In this document: one piece after another, positions 1 to 8,383 of the stretch | Numbering within the stretch: the stretch's first letter is position 1 | Layout of the letters: every line of letters begins with the position of its first letter | From: Opitutales bacterium | Lineage (GTDB): Bacteria > Verrucomicrobiota > Verrucomicrobiia > Opitutales > PNEW01 | Direction of reading: 5' to 3' | NCBI GenBank assembly: GCA_965219535.1 | Contig: CBDCNV010000002.1 | Coordinates: 390,001-422,000 of the forward strand | DNA length: 32,000 nt | Notes under the pieces: model-generated | What the model was told of the DNA's origin: nothing | What the model saw: only the letters and a program-made list of their open reading frames with translations | Database searches by the model: none | Position numbers and translations under genes: made by a program

Positions 1-1105
1 TTGAAACGCGCATCTCTTTCATTTCATCATGATTGCCATCCTTGAACACATTAGCATAAAGGTCATGAGATATGGCTGATGCACCCGCCAAAGTCAGGCC
101 TGATACGACGGCAAGAATAGTGGCAAAGGCGACAGCTGAGATGAAACCTAAGAAAATGTCGCCCCCAACGGCGTGACTCAAATGAATAGCAGCCATATTG
201 TTGCCGCCAATAAGGACCCCATCATTGAGATAGAGGGGGTTGGCGGAGACCATAACAATAGCACCGAAGCCAATGATAAATGTGAGGATATAAAAATACC
301 CAATAAAACCAGTGGCGAAGAATACCGAACGTCGCGCCTGTTTAGCGTCGGTGACGGTGAAAAAGCGCATAAGGATATGGGGTAATCCGGCGGTGCCAAA
401 CATCAGCGCGATGCCCAGAGAAATGGCCGATATGGGATCAGACACGAGACCGCCGGGAGACATAATAGCGAGGCCGTTTTTATGTGTCTCTACAGCAGAC
501 TTAAATAAGCTTTCGAAATTGAAATTGAAGTGCCAAGCCACGGCGAGTGCAATAAAGCTTGCGCCTGAAAGGAGTAGCACCGCTTTAATAATCTGTACCC
601 AGGTGGTGGCAATCATACCGCCAAATGCGACGTAGAGGACCATCAATGTCCCGACGATAACCACCGCGGCTTCGTAAGGCAACCCGAACAGAAGTTGGAT
701 AAGTTTACCCGAACCTACCATTTGGGCGATCAGGTAGAGGATAACGGTGGCAATACCACCGAATGCCGCCAGTGTTCGGATGGGTTTTTGGCTTAAGCGG
801 TAGGAAGTGACATCAGCAAAAGTATATTTGCCAAGATTGCGAAGTTGCTCGGCAATCAAAAATAAAATAATAGGCCAGCCGACGAGAAACCCTATTGAAT
901 AAATCAGACCGTCGTAACCGCTTAAAAAAACGAGTCCAGAAATACCGAGGAAAGAAGCGGCTGACATATAATCACCGGCGATAGCCAGTCCGTTTTGTAG
1001 CCCGGTGATATTACCCCCAGCAGCGTAGAAGTGTTTTGCTGTTTTTGTCTGACGTGCCGCCCAGTAGGTGATGCCCAGCGTTGCCCCGACAAAGGCAAAG
1101 AACAT
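1..1105 (-). CDS. actP: Cation/acetate symporter ActP (sodium:solute symporter family), N-terminal ~368 codons; C-terminal part lies beyond the window start
   Basis: Absent from the ORF track because it is open at the window edge. Manual minus-strand translation from ATG 1105..1103 gives [99 protein letters not shown]...[15 protein letters not shown]...[11 protein letters not shown]...[34 protein letters not shown]. This is nearly colinear with E. coli ActP as I remember it. It lies directly downstream of a DUF485 gene, the conserved yjcH-actP arrangement. The true start may be upstream of the first ATG. Confidence 0.9.
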   Translation of the reverse strand, partial: MFFAFVGATLGITYWAARQTKTAKHFYAAGGNITGLQNGLAIAGDYMSAASFLGISGLVFLSGYDGLIYSIGFLVGWPIILFLIAEQLRNLGKYTFADVTSYRLSQKPIRTLAAFGGIATVILYLIAQMVGSGKLIQLLFGLPYEAAVVIVGTLMVLYVAFGGMIATTWVQIIKAVLLLSGASFIALAVAWHFNFNFESLFKSAVETHKNGLAIMSPGGLVSDPISAISLGIALMFGTAGLPHILMRFFTVTDAKQARRSVFFATGFIGYFYILTFIIGFGAIVMVSANPLYLNDGVLIGGNNMAAIHLSHAVGGDIFLGFISAVAFATILAVVSGLTLAGASAISHDLYANVFKDGNHDEMKEMRVS

Positions 1106-1142
1106 GATAATAGCCGCGATATTTAAGTCGTCCTGAATACCT

Positions 1143-1451
1143 TTATCCTTCTAGTTCTTTTTTGATCGCGTTAGTAAGGACATCAAATTCTGTATTGGCG
1201 CGGTGGACGTAGATGCCGGTCAGTGCAAACGCAATGACGATGATACCTACCCCAACAGGAATACCCAGTGTCATGACGTTGTTGCCGATCGGTGTTCCCA
1301 GTGTTTCAGGGCTGAACGCGATGAGCAGAATAAAGGTAAAGTAAATAACGAGTATAATTATGGACAGCGTCCAGGCAAAGGCGCTGCGTTTACTAACCAG
1401 TGTTTCAAACTTGGGATTCTGCTTTATTTTTTCTGCGACATCTGGCGACAT
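1143..1451 (-). CDS. DUF485 small inner-membrane protein (YjcH-like), partner of ActP
   Basis: 102-aa ORF with ATG start and two hydrophobic helices ([23 protein letters not shown]; [23 protein letters not shown]). Size, topology and position immediately upstream of actP match the DUF485/YjcH family. Confidence 0.85.
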   Translation of the reverse strand: MSPDVAEKIKQNPKFETLVSKRSAFAWTLSIIILVIYFTFILLIAFSPETLGTPIGNNVMTLGIPVGVGIIVIAFALTGIYVHRANTEFDVLTNAIKKELEG

Positions 1452-1591
1452 AGCGACACTCCTATTGTGAAGCGTTTAATATTAACAAAAAGCTAAAAAA
1501 AGAAAGAAGTTTTTTGAATGACTCATAGGCGAAAATGTGGTGACATCTTCGGTTTTCCACTCCATTTAGGGGGTCTGACTAAAAAGCCATC

Positions 1592-2413
1592 ATGATATCG
1601 GATCTCGACGTCTATCTCTTTGATCTTCGCGGTTACTTGGTATTGGAGCGTGCCATTGAACCGGATCACGTGAAAGAAATGAACACGATACTCGACGAAC
1701 TGCGCCAGCTCAAACCGGGAGAATGGCACGGTTACGTTCATGGGCATGTTTTTCAATCGACGAAGGAGGGGATCAATCTGCAACAGATTTATGAAGGGGG
1801 CGAACCTTTCGAACGGCTCATCGACAATCCTTCATGGATAGAACATGTGAAGACCTTTGTTGGTGGTCAGAATTCTTTCGACTCCCAACACGGGCCGCTA
1901 TTTATCGATGAAAACTTTGCCAATATACGGGGACCGGGTGAATCTATTGGGCTACACTCTGGTCCTGTACCTTGGGTGAAGCGATGCCAGTTTCATGTTC
2001 ACAACCAGGAGTTCAACTGCGGTCAGATTAACATCCTGATAGCGCTTACTGACATCGGACCCAACGATGGGGCAACGATGGTTATACCGAGTAGCCACAA
2101 ATCAAATTTCCGTCATCCGGAATTTGAAAAATCAAGGATGACTGCGAGGGGCGGATCGGTGGATGGTGTAACCGGGGCGATTGAAGTTCATATGAAAGCG
2201 GGGGACACGCTCCTATTTGTCGATTCACTTTGCCACGGATCTGCCAGACGAACCCATGAAGGTGAACGTCGCAATATAGTCTTTCGTTACGGGCCCTCTT
2301 GGGGATTTTTTAGACATGGCTACCGTCCTTCAAAGGAGCTCCTCAATCGGCTGACTCCCGAACGCAGAAAGATTGTATGGCCGCATGATAAACTTGAGGT
2401 GTGCCCCTATTGA
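1592..2413 (+). CDS. PhyH-family Fe(II)/2-oxoglutarate dioxygenase, atypical (H-S-G instead of H-x-D/E)
   Basis: 273-aa ORF, ATG start, TGA stop. It has a PhyH-like N-terminus (YLFDLRGYLVLERAIEPDHVKEMN), the central block ALTDIGPNDGATMVIPSSHK and the distal His block DSLCHGSARRTHEGER. The first ligand motif reads GLHSG (nt 1955-1963). Confidence 0.8.
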   Translation: MISDLDVYLFDLRGYLVLERAIEPDHVKEMNTILDELRQLKPGEWHGYVHGHVFQSTKEGINLQQIYEGGEPFERLIDNPSWIEHVKTFVGGQNSFDSQHGPLFIDENFANIRGPGESIGLHSGPVPWVKRCQFHVHNQEFNCGQINILIALTDIGPNDGATMVIPSSHKSNFRHPEFEKSRMTARGGSVDGVTGAIEVHMKAGDTLLFVDSLCHGSARRTHEGERRNIVFRYGPSWGFFRHGYRPSKELLNRLTPERRKIVWPHDKLEVCPY

Positions 2414-2724
2414 CCGCCGGCGTATTTTATCCCGAGGCCCCCCTCGCAAAGACGGACCTCGCGGGTGCCGAGGACACGTTCAGCCGCGTCAATAAGTTCC
2501 GGGTGGATGGTGACGTGGTTGAGGCCGGAATGGTCTCATGGAAAGAGCTGCTGTTTCGGCGTGTCATTCTGTCGATCATTAGCTACGTATTGGTCGTAGG
2601 ATGGGGTGTACAAGGTGAAGAAACCATGGAGAGCCGCTTCCTTCTCCTCCTTGGTGAGGAAGTTTTTGATGATGAGAAATCCCTGCTCTTTGAAGGTGGC
2701 AATTTGAGCATCGGTGATGTGCAT
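2407..2724 (-). pseudogene. Decayed 5-prime fragment of a PhyH-family dioxygenase gene (in-frame TGA and 3-prime truncation)
   Basis: The 62-aa ORF 2536..2724 (MHITDAQIATFKEQGFLIIKNFLTKEEKEAALHGFF...QQLFP) is a typical PhyH N-terminus. Reading through the TGA at 2538..2536 in the same frame gives DHSGLNHVTIHPELIDAAERVLGTREVRLCEGGLGIKYAGGQ, then TAG at 2409..2407. That is still family-like but stops before the HxD motif. The total is ~105 codons versus 266-303 for the intact paralogues. The fragment ends where the convergent gene 1592..2413 ends. Confidence 0.6.
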
Positions 2725-2888
2725 AATCTTCGACTGAAGGTAAAAAGTGGTTAAGCAGAATATATATTTAAACGTCCAATTAAGATAATAAGAACCTCTA
2801 AAGAGCGAAGGATCACGCTTTCAATATTCATACTCTAGATTGACCTTTTACACTTCCTCTGGCAAAAAAAGAGAAGAGTAGTGATAAG

Positions 2889-3758
2889 ATGGCTGTAAAT
2901 ACGATCTCAATTTCAGAACCGGCGACAAAACTTAAACAGTTTCAGCGCGAGGGGTACTGCGTCCTTGAGAACATAGCCAGTGAGGCGATCCTCGATCGTA
3001 CACGGACCTGTGTAAGGAAGGCAGTAGCCACGCAAGACCCTGAAAAGCTCGCACGTACCCGCTCTCCAGGCACGCTCATTGATTCCGGCCCCTACCCGGA
3101 GCTGGCGGGAATTATTGGCAACCCGATTGCTCTCCTGGCGCTCGATAAACTGGGGATTACGAACTGCAAATTTTGGAAGGCGGTTATCATCAGCAAGCCG
3201 CCAGGGGGACCGCGATTGTACTGGCACCAGGATTGTATGATGTGGCAGGACCCGCGGTCGTACAGTGACAGGTCGCCAATGATCTTTTTGATGTACTATA
3301 TGGAAAACACCACCCTAGAGAACGGTTGCCTGCGCTTGCTACCGGGAACTCACCGGAGAAGGCATGTCCTTCACGACATGGGTGTTGCTCATACCCCTGA
3401 TATCAACAGTATAGAGTACCCCAATGATTCGCGTTTTCTCGATTACCCCAACGAGGAGGACGTGCCGATGCGCGCGGGCGATCTTGTTATTGGTGACGCG
3501 CGCATGTTTCACGCCACACACGCGAATATGTCTGATCAGCACCGAACGGTAATCACTATCTGGTTTCATCCTTGGTTCGACGACTTACTGCAGGGTACAC
3601 AGAGCTGGGTTCATGAAGAATGTCACCGCCGTCATGACGACTGGCCGGAGGCTGCGTTGAAGGAGATTGCTCCTGTCATTCCCCGCTATACCGGTAATGT
3701 GGCACCGATGAAGTACAACCGTGTCCCGGATGAGCGTTTATCGGTAAGCGGTCCCTAA
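2889..3758 (+). CDS. PhyH-family Fe(II)/2-oxoglutarate dioxygenase
   Basis: 289-aa ORF, ATG start. Motifs: LYWHQD (HxD), NGCLRLLPGTHR, MFHATHANMSDQHR (distal His and Arg). A 22-nt gap separates it from the downstream sulfatase, with GAGG just upstream of that ATG, so the two are probably co-transcribed. Confidence 0.85.
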   Translation: MAVNTISISEPATKLKQFQREGYCVLENIASEAILDRTRTCVRKAVATQDPEKLARTRSPGTLIDSGPYPELAGIIGNPIALLALDKLGITNCKFWKAVIISKPPGGPRLYWHQDCMMWQDPRSYSDRSPMIFLMYYMENTTLENGCLRLLPGTHRRRHVLHDMGVAHTPDINSIEYPNDSRFLDYPNEEDVPMRAGDLVIGDARMFHATHANMSDQHRTVITIWFHPWFDDLLQGTQSWVHEECHRRHDDWPEAALKEIAPVIPRYTGNVAPMKYNRVPDERLSVSGP

Positions 3759-3780
3759 ATGATACGTAGGGACGAGGTAT

Positions 3781-5196
3781 ATGGCGCAGCATCCCAATCT
3801 TCTTTTTGTCTTCTCTGATCAGCAGCGCTACAGTGCGCTTGGGGCGAACGGAAATCGTATCATCCAAACACCCACGCTGGACGGCTTAGCGGCAGGTGGG
3901 ATGTCCTGCGACAACATGTTTTCGAATCACCCTCTGTGTTCGCCCTACCGTGCGATGCTTTTGTCCGGACGGTACGCCTGGCAAAACCTCGTTATCGACA
4001 ATGAATACCGATTGCGAAGAGATATCCCGACTCTACCCGCTACCTTACGAGACCATAGCTACCACACCGGGCAAGTGGGGACGTGGCATCTGGGTAACGG
4101 GCCCTACCGTGATGAGAATCGTTACGGGCTGGATTATCTGGCGTCCCTGAGCATGCGGAAAAATTACACTGACGGCTGCTACACTGAGAACGAGTTGGAG
4201 CCCAGGATTATCGAGGGCTGGACACCGAAAGTAGAAACAGATCTGGCGATTAAGTTCATGGAGCGTCATGCGAATACCCAATCAGGTAATCCCTTTGCCT
4301 TGTTCGTCTCGTGGAGGCCTCCCCACTGGCCCTACGAAGATTACCCGGAAGAGCACGCCATTTACGACCCCGCCAATGTGGATCTTCCGGGCAACGTACC
4401 GAAGCAGATGGCCGACTTCGCCCGCCGGGAAATCGCCGACTATTACGGTTGCTGTAGTGGCTTGGACGCCCAAATGGCTCGACTACTGGAGGTGCTGGAT
4501 CGGTTGGGGCTCAGTGACGACACTATCGTCTGCTACACCTCCGACCATGGCGACCATCTTTCAAGTCACGGTTACGGCAAGCCGCGAGATACTTGGATGC
4601 ATCCCTCGATGCGGGCTTCCAAGGCTACGCCTTACGAGGAATCAATCCACGTACCTTTCATCGTGCGCTGGCCGGGGGCTACACCGGCGGGAACACGCAG
4701 TGACTCCTTTTTTGGGGCGATCGATTTGATGCCGACCCTGCTGGGCGCATGCGGCGTGCCACTCCCTGACGGCCTTCAGGGGCGCGACGTCTCCTCCGTT
4801 TGGCGCGGTGAAAGTGTTCCCGCCGACACGAAGCTAACACCATGTGCTTCAGAGTCGGTCTATTTACAAAACATGGCCCATGGCTGGCCGAACCGAGACG
4901 CTTGGGTGGGGCGCTGGCGCGGTGTGCGCACCGAACGCTGGACCTACGCTCGCTGGTATGAAAATGAGTACGGGCCATGGCTTTTCGACCGCGAAAATGA
5001 TCCCCTTGAAATGATTAATCTCGCTGAATCCACCGAGTCTCGGCCGGTAGTCGACGAAATGGAGGAGCGCCTCCATCGATGGATGAAGGCAACCCACGAC
5101 CCCTTCGAATACGGCAGACGCGGCCCCAGGGGCTTTCTCGATCTGGGGCAGCAATTCGCAGATCCGGAGAAATATCCAGGTTGGGGAACGGCTTGA
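3781..5196 (+). CDS. Sulfatase (type I, formylglycine-dependent, Cys-type), no signal peptide
   Basis: 471-aa ORF. Motifs: NLLFVFSDQQR at residues 6-16, the FGly motif LCSPYRAMLLSGRY (C-x-P-x-R) and the later SDHGD block. An in-frame stop (TGA 3760..3762) lies 6 codons upstream of the ATG, so no N-terminal extension or signal peptide is possible. Confidence 0.9.
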   Translation: MAQHPNLLFVFSDQQRYSALGANGNRIIQTPTLDGLAAGGMSCDNMFSNHPLCSPYRAMLLSGRYAWQNLVIDNEYRLRRDIPTLPATLRDHSYHTGQVGTWHLGNGPYRDENRYGLDYLASLSMRKNYTDGCYTENELEPRIIEGWTPKVETDLAIKFMERHANTQSGNPFALFVSWRPPHWPYEDYPEEHAIYDPANVDLPGNVPKQMADFARREIADYYGCCSGLDAQMARLLEVLDRLGLSDDTIVCYTSDHGDHLSSHGYGKPRDTWMHPSMRASKATPYEESIHVPFIVRWPGATPAGTRSDSFFGAIDLMPTLLGACGVPLPDGLQGRDVSSVWRGESVPADTKLTPCASESVYLQNMAHGWPNRDAWVGRWRGVRTERWTYARWYENEYGPWLFDRENDPLEMINLAESTESRPVVDEMEERLHRWMKATHDPFEYGRRGPRGFLDLGQQFADPEKYPGWGTA

Positions 5197-5231
5197 CGAC
5201 CGTTATTTGCAGCAACAAATATATCTGAGCA

Positions 5232-6011
5232 TTAATCGACCAAACACTGGGTATAGGCTTGAGTTAAAGCTGTAATCAAGTCTCCTTTGGGGCGAAATTC
5301 GTGGCCGACATGGCCCTCGTATCCGGCAGCGGCCAATGCCCGGCAGATACCCTGATAATTCAATTCCTGATCATCGTCCAATTCATTCCGGCCCGGATTA
5401 CCGGCGGTATGAATATGCCCAATCGCGTCGAGGTTATCGACCATTGTTCGGATAATGTCTCCTTCCATAATTTGCATATGGTAAATATCATAAAGGAGTT
5501 TGACGCGCGGGCTGTTTACCTGCTTCACGACTTCCATTCCCCAGGTGGTATGATCACATTGATAGCCGGCGTGATCCACTTTGGAATTGAGCAACTCCAA
5601 ATTCAGGTTGATACCTTTGGCTTCCGCATAGGGTGCCGATCGACGAAAACCAATAACGGTGTTGGCGATGCTCTCGTTGTCATCCATATCAGGGAGACTA
5701 TTACCGCTAAAGCAAATCAATCCGCTTATTCCCTTATCAGCCGCAATATCAATCGATTCTTTTAACTCGGCCTCAATGCGATCGTGGTTGGCTGGGTTGT
5801 TGAGACCATCCGGAAGCGATTGGTGCCCAATCATGCTGACCATACGAAGATTATTTTTGATCGTTAAATTATAGAAAGTATCGAAGTCATCACCCCGGCC
5901 CCAAATTTCGATCGCGGGAAAACCAATTTCAGCAATCTTTTCAATCATTTCCTCCAAGGGCATTACATCTTTAGGGACAATAGGTATACAGACGGATTGA
6001 TTTATAGGCAT
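5232..6011 (-). CDS. Xylose-isomerase-like TIM-barrel protein (hydroxypyruvate isomerase/sugar-phosphate isomerase-epimerase family)
   Basis: 259-aa ORF, ATG start. The overall AP-endonuclease-2/TIM-barrel pattern is present (FPAIEIW..., LNLELLN, YDIYHMQIMEGD). The C-terminal GYEGHVGHEFRPKGD resembles the Hyi-family GY.G.IG.EY.P motif. Confidence 0.75.
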   Translation of the reverse strand: MPINQSVCIPIVPKDVMPLEEMIEKIAEIGFPAIEIWGRGDDFDTFYNLTIKNNLRMVSMIGHQSLPDGLNNPANHDRIEAELKESIDIAADKGISGLICFSGNSLPDMDDNESIANTVIGFRRSAPYAEAKGINLNLELLNSKVDHAGYQCDHTTWGMEVVKQVNSPRVKLLYDIYHMQIMEGDIIRTMVDNLDAIGHIHTAGNPGRNELDDDQELNYQGICRALAAAGYEGHVGHEFRPKGDLITALTQAYTQCLVD

Positions 6012-6075
6012 GTTGTTAGGTTTTTGGGTTAATAAATGGTTGCGGATAAAAATTTAGCCATTGGTTGTTCCCGTT

Positions 6076-7071
6076 TTATAATAAACTCCAATCAAAGACT
6101 ACACCGATAGTATCTCCCCGATCTTTTAAGATGTCGGTATAAACCTGGGGCGCGTCCTGCGGTGCATGACGGTGGGTGATAAGATCATCGACACGCATTT
6201 GGCCACGCCTGAGATATTTGTAGAGCAACCCAATCTGGCGCATTGGTGGCCACTCGCGCTCGTCGGGAAGGCGTTCGTTATGCGTACCGCGTACGCTGAT
6301 TTGGCGGGTCACAATATCGCCTGTGAGCACCTGCTTCCCTGGATACGGCGAGTCCCCGATCAGCATCATGGTGCCAAAATTGCGGACCAGTTTGAGTGCC
6401 AGGGGGAAAACTGCGTAATGCCCTGTGGCATCGAATACGACATCGGCCAGTCGCCCCTCGGTAAATTGCTCCACAAATGGAACAGCATCAGCGGCACTAC
6501 CGGCAAAAGTTTCCGTGGCTCCGTGTGCCGCCGCGACAGCCAGGCGACTGTCAATGGTGTCGATAGCCAGAACATCTTCCGCTCCCATTACACGCGAATA
6601 CTGGGTCAGCAGTTGTCCCAATGGTCCGAGTCCGACGACCACGACTTTGTCACCCATCGTCAATTGGGCGCGTCGCACACCCGTTTGCGCGATGGTGCAC
6701 AACTTAGACCAGGCAGCCGATTCATTGCTGATGTCATCTGGAATTAGAGTTAAAGGTGGTTTCACAATGTGGAATTGCTTATGGTTGGCGGTACTGAATA
6801 CCCTGTCACCCCTCTTAACCCCTTCCACCGCCGCGCCCACTTGCTCAACGGTGCCGACATTGCTGTAGCCCGGATAAAAAGGGTGTTTCACCCAGTTGGC
6901 CCAATGAGAACCTTCTTCGAGCTCGGCACGATAGCAGATAGATTCAGTCCCTGTGCTGATCAAGCTCAACTGGGTCTTTACGAATAGAGAGTCTTCAGGT
7001 AGCGAAGGCGCGGTCTCGCATATTAATTCAGCTTGTTGCTTATCGGTGAATACAATATTGTTTGAATCCAT
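6076..7071 (-). CDS. Medium-chain dehydrogenase/reductase (MDR) superfamily oxidoreductase
   Basis: 331-aa ORF with a GroES-like N-terminal part (ISTGTESICY..., PGYSNVGTVEQVGAAVEGVKRGDRV) and a Rossmann motif VVVVGLGPLGQL. The canonical GHE zinc-ligand triplet is GYS here, as in the BchC-like branch of the MDRs, so zinc dependence is uncertain. Confidence 0.8.
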   Translation of the reverse strand: MDSNNIVFTDKQQAELICETAPSLPEDSLFVKTQLSLISTGTESICYRAELEEGSHWANWVKHPFYPGYSNVGTVEQVGAAVEGVKRGDRVFSTANHKQFHIVKPPLTLIPDDISNESAAWSKLCTIAQTGVRRAQLTMGDKVVVVGLGPLGQLLTQYSRVMGAEDVLAIDTIDSRLAVAAAHGATETFAGSAADAVPFVEQFTEGRLADVVFDATGHYAVFPLALKLVRNFGTMMLIGDSPYPGKQVLTGDIVTRQISVRGTHNERLPDEREWPPMRQIGLLYKYLRRGQMRVDDLITHRHAPQDAPQVYTDILKDRGDTIGVVFDWSLL

Positions 7072-7246
7072 TATTTAATAAAAGAGGTAATACTTCATTT
7101 ATAGAAAATAAAGATTATTAAGTTAACAGTTATAAACTATAAAATACGCGATAAGATAATTCAGGGCATGTTGAAAAGCAGGTAGTGTTGAAATCTACGC
7201 TTTCTTTCTCACTGAAATACTCAACCCTGGGTAGGTTTGATAGCGA

Positions 7247-8143
7247 CTAGATATGGTAATAACGTTCTGCGTTTTTCCAGAACAACCCCGCGCGATCCTC
7301 GTCGGAAAAGTCTTTCACAATCTCGTCATAGGCTTCCCATAACCTGCCGTAGTCGGTCATGAGCTTATCGACAGGAAAATTGCTGGCAAACATGCAGCGG
7401 TTGACACCCACAATCTCGATCGTCCCCAGAACAAACGGTTTTATCATCTCCACGGTCCAGTTCTTATCCATCATGGGTAATCCTGATATTTTGACTGTTA
7501 CCTGCGGTGATTCCGCAAGTAATTGAAGTCCGGATTTCCATTGATCCATGAGCGAAAGATCCAGGTCTTTCGGCATTCCCGTGTGATTCAAAACAATCGG
7601 GACATCGGGAATTTTTTTCGCGAGTTGTGCCGCTTCCTCCATCTGCCAGGGCCAAATCTGCAAGTCGAATGATAAATTATATTTGGCCAGTAAACGAAAA
7701 CCACGCTGCCATTCGGGATCGCTCATCAAGTGTTCATGGTCGGTGAATCGAAGTGCGGGGTCTTCCTCATAATTTAACATATGTCGAATGCCGCGCATGT
7801 TCGGGTACTCCACATGTCTAGCGAGTACATCCTCGACATCAGGCGCGGCTAAATCCGCATACGCCACGATGCCATGAGGCATCCCACGAGAGGCGGGGTT
7901 GTCCGCCACCGACTGAAGCCAGGCCGTCTCTATCACCGGATCCTGGTCGTGATCGAACTCTGCCTGGATATGAACGCACTTGTGTAAGTCGACACCCGAT
8001 GCATCATCATGCAGGTCACCAAAAAGGTAAGACTTGGCGAGGGGAGAAAAATCACCCGCGAAGTGCTTGATAGGCTCGACAAGCCATGGGTAGTGGTTCT
8101 TTTCGAGGTCCCATAGATGGATGTGGGTATCAATGATCTTCAT
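7247..8143 (-). CDS. Amidohydrolase_2 family metal-dependent hydrolase (lactonase/decarboxylase-type TIM barrel)
   Basis: 298-aa ORF. The N-terminal MKIIDTHIHLWD (HxH), LNHTGMP and the C-terminal FASNFPVD are the spaced metal-ligand motifs of PF04909-type enzymes, the family that includes sugar-acid lactonases such as L-fucono-1,5-lactonase. Confidence 0.85.
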   Translation of the reverse strand: MKIIDTHIHLWDLEKNHYPWLVEPIKHFAGDFSPLAKSYLFGDLHDDASGVDLHKCVHIQAEFDHDQDPVIETAWLQSVADNPASRGMPHGIVAYADLAAPDVEDVLARHVEYPNMRGIRHMLNYEEDPALRFTDHEHLMSDPEWQRGFRLLAKYNLSFDLQIWPWQMEEAAQLAKKIPDVPIVLNHTGMPKDLDLSLMDQWKSGLQLLAESPQVTVKISGLPMMDKNWTVEMIKPFVLGTIEIVGVNRCMFASNFPVDKLMTDYGRLWEAYDEIVKDFSDEDRAGLFWKNAERYYHI

Positions 8144-8383
8144 GCCGAAAGAGCATTAACGTCTGACAACTAAATGGCAACGATAGCTTTTCAGGCTTAT
8201 GAAAAGTTCAACAATGTAGACTGGTAATGGACAATTGGTGATGAAGATTCTATTTTATACCAGTGGCTGTATACCACCATCCCATCTATTAAACACAAGC
8301 GGTGCTTGTCTTAAACTTTTACCCTGATTACCAATGCATTACTCGGAGACTTAAGTGTCCTTGTATAGGACCAGATACTTTTA

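Noticed and set aside
2536-2538. An in-frame TGA inside two conserved reading frames, here and at 31686-31688. I considered reassignment of TGA (genetic code 4 or 25) and selenocysteine.
   Set aside because: At least eight well-supported genes in the window terminate on TGA at family-typical lengths: 1592-2413, 3781-5196, 14200-15327, 15449-16360, 16475-18148, 18361-18672, 18725-19465 and 22678-24927. I saw no convincing SECIS-like hairpin just 3-prime of either TGA. Both interrupted genes show independent signs of decay or mobile origin. Nonsense mutation is the simpler explanation.
2401-2754. A 117-aa ORF on the + strand.
   Set aside because: It has no recognisable features. It is the antisense shadow of the PhyH pseudogene fragment, whose minus-strand translation is clearly family-like.
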